Below are positions 59,793 through 64,000 of a stretch of DNA of 64,000 nucleotides, piece after piece (within the stretch, counting starts at the first letter, position 1; each line of letters opens with the position of its first letter). The stretch comes from an uncultured Actinomycetota bacterium (GTDB lineage Bacteria > Actinomycetota > Actinomycetes > JADGOV01). The notes beneath the pieces are model-generated. The model saw only the letters and a program-made list of their open reading frames with translations. It did not search any database and had not been told where the DNA came from. The stretch is taken from the NCBI GenBank assembly GCA_963814355.1, contig CAWFCZ010000018.1, positions 854,590 to 918,589 on the forward strand, read 5' to 3'. The position numbers and the translations under genes are program-made.

Positions 59793-60362
59793 TCAGGACG
59801 AGGCCGGCCACTCCCGGTCCAGGATCGCGTAGTCGATCTCGCTCGACCACGCTCCCTTGAACCACTCGTTGTCGATCAGATGCGCTTCCAGGCGCATCCC
59901 CACCCGTTGGCACAGCGCACCGGAGGCCCCATTCCGAGAATCCACCCGGGCCAGCGCGCGGTGTGCTCCGAGGCCTGTAAAGGCGAGGTCCAGTAAGGCC
60001 CGTACGGCTTCGGTGGCGTACCCCCGGCCGGCGCACGCCGGGGTGAATATGTAGCCCACCTCGACCGTCTGATGCTCAGCGGAGTGCAGGGCAAGGACGA
60101 GGTCACCGATCAACTCGCCATTCCCGGCCAGGGTGACTGCCAGGTCCAGATGGTCCCCGTCGCGGTGCAGCGCGGTTCCAGCCAGCTTCCGGTCCAGCGC
60201 GACCGCCATGTCCTCGCGGGTACGAGGCTCGAACGGTACGAACCGGACCACCTCCGGCAAGGAGTGGTACGCCAGCAGCGCCTCGAAGTCGTCGGGGCGG
60301 CAGGCCCGCAGCCGTAACCGCCGGGTGTGCACCGGCAGGGCCGGGGTGTACGGGAGGCGCAC
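59793..60362 (-). CDS. GNAT-family N-acetyltransferase (RimJ/RimL-like)
   Basis: 189 aa. Acetyl-CoA binding motif A context present (VGYIFTPACAGRGYATEAVRALLDLAF). Confidence 0.7.
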   Translation of the reverse strand: MRLPYTPALPVHTRRLRLRACRPDDFEALLAYHSLPEVVRFVPFEPRTREDMAVALDRKLAGTALHRDGDHLDLAVTLAGNGELIGDLVLALHSAEHQTVEVGYIFTPACAGRGYATEAVRALLDLAFTGLGAHRALARVDSRNGASGALCQRVGMRLEAHLIDNEWFKGAWSSEIDYAILDREWPASS

Positions 60363-60368
60363 GACGGG

Positions 60369-60628
60369 CTACCGCACGCCGACGGAGACGAAGTCCCAGG
60401 CGTGCGCCGGGCGGGCCAGCCACGCCGGCGGCGGCCCGGGCAGCTCGACGGAATCCCCGGCCCACCAGGTCAGCACCACCACCCGGTCCTCGGCGCCGGT
60501 GAAGACCTCGGCATGGTCGAACCCGGCCTCGGCGGCCAACGCCGGGATGCCCACGTCGAACAACCAGGCCACCAGCGCGGCTGCCTCGTCATCGCCGGCG
60601 GCCCGGGCCTCCCACATCCGGACCCTCA
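60369..60628 (-). CDS. Small hypothetical protein translationally coupled to tsaD
   Basis: ATGA overlap with the tsaD stop. 86 aa ([27 protein letters not shown]...). Function unknown. The rest of the long ORF 60369..61613 is antisense artefact. Confidence 0.35.
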
Positions 60629-61666
60629 TGTCAGCTCCATCCCCGGGTCGGCGGGCAGGTCGAGCGGGTCCGGCGGGACCCCGGCGGAGACCAGCAGCGA
60701 CCCGAGAACGGCGACCATCGCCCCGTTGTCGGTACACAGCGCCGGGCGGGGCACCCGCAGCCGGATCCCGGCGGCGGCGGCGCGGGTCTGCGCCAGGGCG
60801 CGCAGCCGGGAGTTCGCCGCCACCCCCCCGCCGAGCAGCAGGTCGCCGATGCCGAGGTCGCGGCAGGCCCGGACCGCCTTGCCGGTGAGTACGTCGGCGA
60901 CCGCCTCCTGGAACGACGCCGCCACGTCGGCCAGTGGCACCGGCCGCCCGGCCGATCGGGTGGCCTCCACCCACCGAGCCACCGCGGTCTTCAGCCCGGA
61001 GAAGGAAAAGTCGTACGCGGCATCCCGCGGGCCGGTGAGCCCGCGCGGGAAGTCGATCGCGCAGGCGTCCCCGGCGGCGGCCTCCCGGTCGATCGGCGGG
61101 CCGCCGGGAAAGGGCAGCCCGAGCACCCGGGCCACCTTGTCGAAGGCCTCGCCAGCGGCGTCGTCCAGCGTCTCCCCGAGGGTGGTCACCGGCGCGGTGA
61201 CGTCGCGGACCGCCAGCAACGAGGAGTGCCCGCCGGAGACCAGGAGCGCGACGCAGGGGCTCGGCAGCGGGCCGTGCTCGACGGTGTCCACCGCGACGTG
61301 GGCGGCGAGGTGGTTGACGCCGTACAGCGGCCTGTCCAGCCCCAGCGCGTACGCCTTGGCACCCGCCACCCCGACGAGCAGCGCGCCAGCCAGGCCGGGA
61401 CCCGCCGTGACCGCGATCGCGTCCAGTTGCGATGGCCGGACGCGGGCGGCGGCCAGTGCCCGGCGCACCGTCGGCACCAGCGCCTCCAGGTGCGCCCGGC
61501 TGGCCACCTCGGGCACCACCCCGCCGAAGCGGGCGTGCTCGGCCACGCTGGAGGCGACCTCGTCGGCGAGCAGCGTCCCGCCGCGGACGATGCCCACGCC
61601 GGTCTCGTCGCACGAGGTCTCGATGCCCAGCACCAGCGGGCCGCCGGGTCGCCGGCCCTCAGCCAC
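60626..61666 (-). CDS. tsaD: tRNA N6-adenosine threonylcarbamoyltransferase TsaD (Kae1/Gcp)
   Basis: 346 aa. [16 protein letters not shown]-terminus and His/His metal motif characteristic of TsaD. Confidence 0.85.
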   Translation of the reverse strand: MAEGRRPGGPLVLGIETSCDETGVGIVRGGTLLADEVASSVAEHARFGGVVPEVASRAHLEALVPTVRRALAAARVRPSQLDAIAVTAGPGLAGALLVGVAGAKAYALGLDRPLYGVNHLAAHVAVDTVEHGPLPSPCVALLVSGGHSSLLAVRDVTAPVTTLGETLDDAAGEAFDKVARVLGLPFPGGPPIDREAAAGDACAIDFPRGLTGPRDAAYDFSFSGLKTAVARWVEATRSAGRPVPLADVAASFQEAVADVLTGKAVRACRDLGIGDLLLGGGVAANSRLRALAQTRAAAAGIRLRVPRPALCTDNGAMVAVLGSLLVSAGVPPDPLDLPADPGMELT

Positions 61667-62102
61667 GGCGCATCACGAGCGCGTCGGTGCCGCTGGGCTG
61701 GTAGTACCGCCGACGCCGGCCGATGTCGGTGAAACCGAACCGGCGATAGAGCGCCTGGGCACGGTCGTTGTCCACCCGTACCTCCAGCAGCACCCGCCCC
61801 GCCCCCCGCCGCTCGGCCTCGGCCAGCAGCTCGGCGAGCAGCGCGCCACCCATCCCCCGGCCCCACTGCGCCCGGGCTACGGCGAGGGTCTGGATGAACC
61901 CCTCGCCGCCGGCGGCGGCCATCCCGCCGTAGCCGACGATCCGCTCCTCCCGGGGGGGCTGGACGGCAAGGTAGTGCCGGGTGTCGTGCTGCGCCAGCTC
62001 CGACCAGAACGCCGGCTCGCTCCAGCCATCGGCGCCGAAGTGCTCGGCTTCGATCTCGGCGGCGGCGGCCAGGTCCCACCAGCGCAGCGGGCGCAGGGTC
62101 AC
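61659..62102 (-). CDS. rimI: Ribosomal-protein-alanine N-acetyltransferase RimI
   Basis: GTG start at 62102 ([11 protein letters not shown]...). GNAT motif present ([15 protein letters not shown]). Sits in the conserved tsaB-rimI-tsaD position. Confidence 0.75.
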   Translation of the reverse strand: MTLRPLRWWDLAAAAEIEAEHFGADGWSEPAFWSELAQHDTRHYLAVQPPREERIVGYGGMAAAGGEGFIQTLAVARAQWGRGMGGALLAELLAEAERRGAGRVLLEVRVDNDRAQALYRRFGFTDIGRRRRYYQPSGTDALVMRRG

Positions 62103-62728
62103 CGGCTGACCGGCTTCGGGGCACCCGGCGGTACCGCGTCCGGGCGGCGCAGGTAGAGCGGCGTCAGCGGGTCCGGCGGCGCGCCGCGCGCCGCCCTCGT
62201 GGCGACCAGCGCGGCCAGGTCGGCCGCCCGCGGCCAGGCCGCCTCGCCGGGCAGCAGGTCCGGGTACAGGGCGGTCACCGGGCCGATGACCGGTCGGCCG
62301 CCGAGGGGTACCTCCGCCGGGCGGGCGACCGCCGGACCGGCCACTCGCGCGCCGCCGGCGTCGTAGGCCGCCCAGTACACCTCGCGGCGGCGGGCATCGG
62401 TGGCCACCACCACCGCGCCGCGGTTGTGGGCCAGCACATCGAGCGAGCACTCGCCGTAGGCCGGTACGCCCAGCGCGTCGCCCAGCCCGGCGGCGGTGAC
62501 CAGCCCGACCCGCAATCCGGTGAACGGGCCGGGTCCGGTGCCCACCGCGATGGCGCCGATCGCGGCCCGGGGCGTGCCGGTGGCTGCCAGCAGTTCGGCG
62601 ATCAGCGGAGCGAGTAGCTCACCGTGCCGGTTGACCCCGACCTCGCAGCGCTCACCCACCACGACGCCGTCGGCCAGCAACGCGACGGTGACGGCCGGGG
62701 TGGCGGTGTCCAGGGCGAGGAGGAGCAT
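62099..62728 (-). CDS. tsaB: tRNA threonylcarbamoyladenosine biosynthesis protein TsaB (YeaZ)
   Basis: Start ATG 62728 (MLLLALDTATPAVTVAL...). Inactive Kae1 paralog pattern. Confidence 0.75.
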   Translation of the reverse strand: MLLLALDTATPAVTVALLADGVVVGERCEVGVNRHGELLAPLIAELLAATGTPRAAIGAIAVGTGPGPFTGLRVGLVTAAGLGDALGVPAYGECSLDVLAHNRGAVVVATDARRREVYWAAYDAGGARVAGPAVARPAEVPLGGRPVIGPVTALYPDLLPGEAAWPRAADLAALVATRAARGAPPDPLTPLYLRRPDAVPPGAPKPVSR

Positions 62729-62819
62729 CGGGCACCAGGGTAGGGGCAGCGCTCGCGTCAGCAGCCGGCCGACATCGACCGCCCCGGTACGGCCGCCGCC
62801 CTGGCGGCTTGGGCGGGCC

Positions 62820-63272
62820 TCAGCCCGGCAGCGCCACGCCGGCCCAGCGCGCCCCGTACCCGGTGACCCGCACCTCGCGGCCGCCCTGCACCGGGTTGGC
62901 CGACCGGGAGATCCGTACCTCCAGACGGTGCGCCGCCAGGCCCTCGGCCAGGCCTTCGCCCCACTCCACCAGCGTGACCGACTCCTCGAGGGCGGCGTCC
63001 AGGTCGAGGTCGTCGAGTTCGGCGACCGAACCGAGCCGGTAGGCGTCGACATGGACCAGCGGCACCCGCCCGCCCCGGTGTACCCGGGTCAGGACGAAAG
63101 TCGGCGAGCGAACCGGCCGAGGCACGCCGAGACCGGTTCCGACACCCTGGGCGAGGGTGGTCTTGCCGGCGCCGAGTTCCCCGATGAGCAGGACCAGGTC
63201 ACCCGGCCGCAGCCGCTCGGCGAGCGCCGACCCAAAGGCGCGCATCGCGGTCGCCGTGGCCACCGTCACCAT
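62820..63272 (-). CDS. tsaE: tRNA threonylcarbamoyladenosine biosynthesis ATPase TsaE (YjeE)
   Basis: Start ATG 63272 (MVTVATATAMRAFG...). Walker A GELGAGKTT. Confidence 0.75.
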   Translation of the reverse strand: MVTVATATAMRAFGSALAERLRPGDLVLLIGELGAGKTTLAQGVGTGLGVPRPVRSPTFVLTRVHRGGRVPLVHVDAYRLGSVAELDDLDLDAALEESVTLVEWGEGLAEGLAAHRLEVRISRSANPVQGGREVRVTGYGARWAGVALPG

Positions 63273-63282
63273 GCCGGGCCGT

Positions 63283-63858
63283 TCACCCGGCGAGCCGGGC
63301 CGCCAGCGCCAGATCCGCCCGGAGGAGCGCCATCGGCTCCCCGGCCGGGCCGAAGCGCAGCGCGGCGGACGGGTGGTAGGTCGGCAGCACCGCCCGGCCG
63401 TCGACGTCGTGGGGGCGGCCGCGGACGTCGGCCAGCCGCAGCCCGTGGCCGAGGAACGCCGCGGTCGCGGTGCCCCCGAGTGAGACGACGATCCGGGGAT
63501 CGAGGGCAGTGAGCTGGGCGTCCAGCCAGTCCCGGCAGGTGGCCGCCTCGGCCCGGGTCGGCGCCCGGTTGCCCGGCGGCCGGCACTTGACCACGTTGGT
63601 GACCGCCACTGTGCCCCGGTCCAGGCCGACCTCGCCGAGCAGCCGGTCCAGCAGCCGACCGGCCCGGCCGACGAACGGCCGGCCGGCGGCGTCTTCCTGG
63701 GCACCGGGCGCCTCGCCGACCAGCAGCAGCCGGGCCGGTACCGGCCCGGAACCGACCACCACGCGGTGCCGGCCGGCGGCCAGCGGGCACGCCGTGCAGG
63801 ACGCGATGCGGGCGACCAGCGCCGGATAGTCCCCGCCCGGGTCGCTCAGGGCGGGCAC
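63283..63858 (-). CDS. Family-4 uracil-DNA glycosylase (canonical UdgA-type)
   Basis: Motif A GEAPG (LLLVGEAPGAQED). Fe-S Cys ligands present (CTAC...C...C). Motif B HPSAAL. The start may be slightly downstream of 63858, which would avoid a 13-nt overlap with the next gene. Confidence 0.65.
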   Translation of the reverse strand: MPALSDPGGDYPALVARIASCTACPLAAGRHRVVVGSGPVPARLLLVGEAPGAQEDAAGRPFVGRAGRLLDRLLGEVGLDRGTVAVTNVVKCRPPGNRAPTRAEAATCRDWLDAQLTALDPRIVVSLGGTATAAFLGHGLRLADVRGRPHDVDGRAVLPTYHPSAALRFGPAGEPMALLRADLALAARLAG

Positions 63859-64000
63859 GCCCGGTCCAGCAGCCCGACCAGCGCGGCATCCACGGCCTCG
63901 GGATGCTCCAGCATCACCATGTGCCCGGCGTTCGGCACGACCACCAGGTTCGCCGTGGGCATCCCCGCCGCCATCGAGCGGCTATGGTCCGGCGGTGTCT
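63846..64000 (-). CDS. C-terminal end of an alpha/beta-hydrolase-fold protein (5' part outside window)
   Basis: Translated by eye: ...MAAGMPTANLVVVPNAGHMVMLEHPEAVDAALVGLLDRACPP*. This is the typical C-terminal His-containing tail of alpha/beta hydrolases. Confidence 0.35.
   Translation of the reverse strand, partial: TPPDHSRSMAAGMPTANLVVVPNAGHMVMLEHPEAVDAALVGLLDRACPP

Noticed and set aside
60327-62156. 609-aa plus-strand ORF
   Set aside because: Antisense to tsaD-rimI-tsaB, which are strongly supported.

Overview
High-GC (about 72%) actinobacterial chromosomal window with roughly 70 genes. Markers include the mycothiol amidase gene mca with its Rv1081c-like neighbour and greA, groES-groEL1 with a His-rich tail, tsaE-tsaB-rimI-tsaD, folD, guaA, and pdxH-citA-serC. 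Core housekeeping blocks are interrupted by an accessory stretch (about 13.7-24.0 kb). It carries c-di-GMP genes: a GAF-GGDEF-EAL protein and a membrane PAS-GGDEF-EAL protein. It also carries a three-gene, translationally coupled unit: GGDEF cyclase, a stand-alone B12-binding (CarH C-terminal-like) sensor protein, and an ABM monooxygenase. Inside this stretch lie a Tn3-family transposase remnant and a frameshifted, truncated Eco57I/type-IIG-like N6-adenine methyltransferase. Its left boundary is about 1.5 kb of gene debris. I consider the coupled GGDEF/B12-sensor/ABM unit the best candidate for an undescribed system, a possible cobalamin- or light-gated c-di-GMP module. Other notable items are a UdgX-type uracil-DNA glycosylase ortholog (GEQPG / KRRIH / HPS signature motifs) plus a second canonical family-4 UDG. 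There is an orphan MT-A70 DNA methyltransferase with a small HTH gene next to a roughly 1,200-aa secreted SBBP-propeller/RTX-repeat protein. A stand-alone NHEJ LigD polymerase domain carries an unusual C-terminal extension. A VKOR plus thioredoxin-fold (CPYC) pair is present. A CIRCE operator lies upstream of groES. There are several small gene-decay scars: a G-tract beside an HxlR-like gene with an internal deletion, and a truncated glycoside-hydrolase/Ig-like fragment. No tRNA, rRNA or CRISPR array was seen. All calls rest on reading the supplied translations for motifs; no database search was possible.
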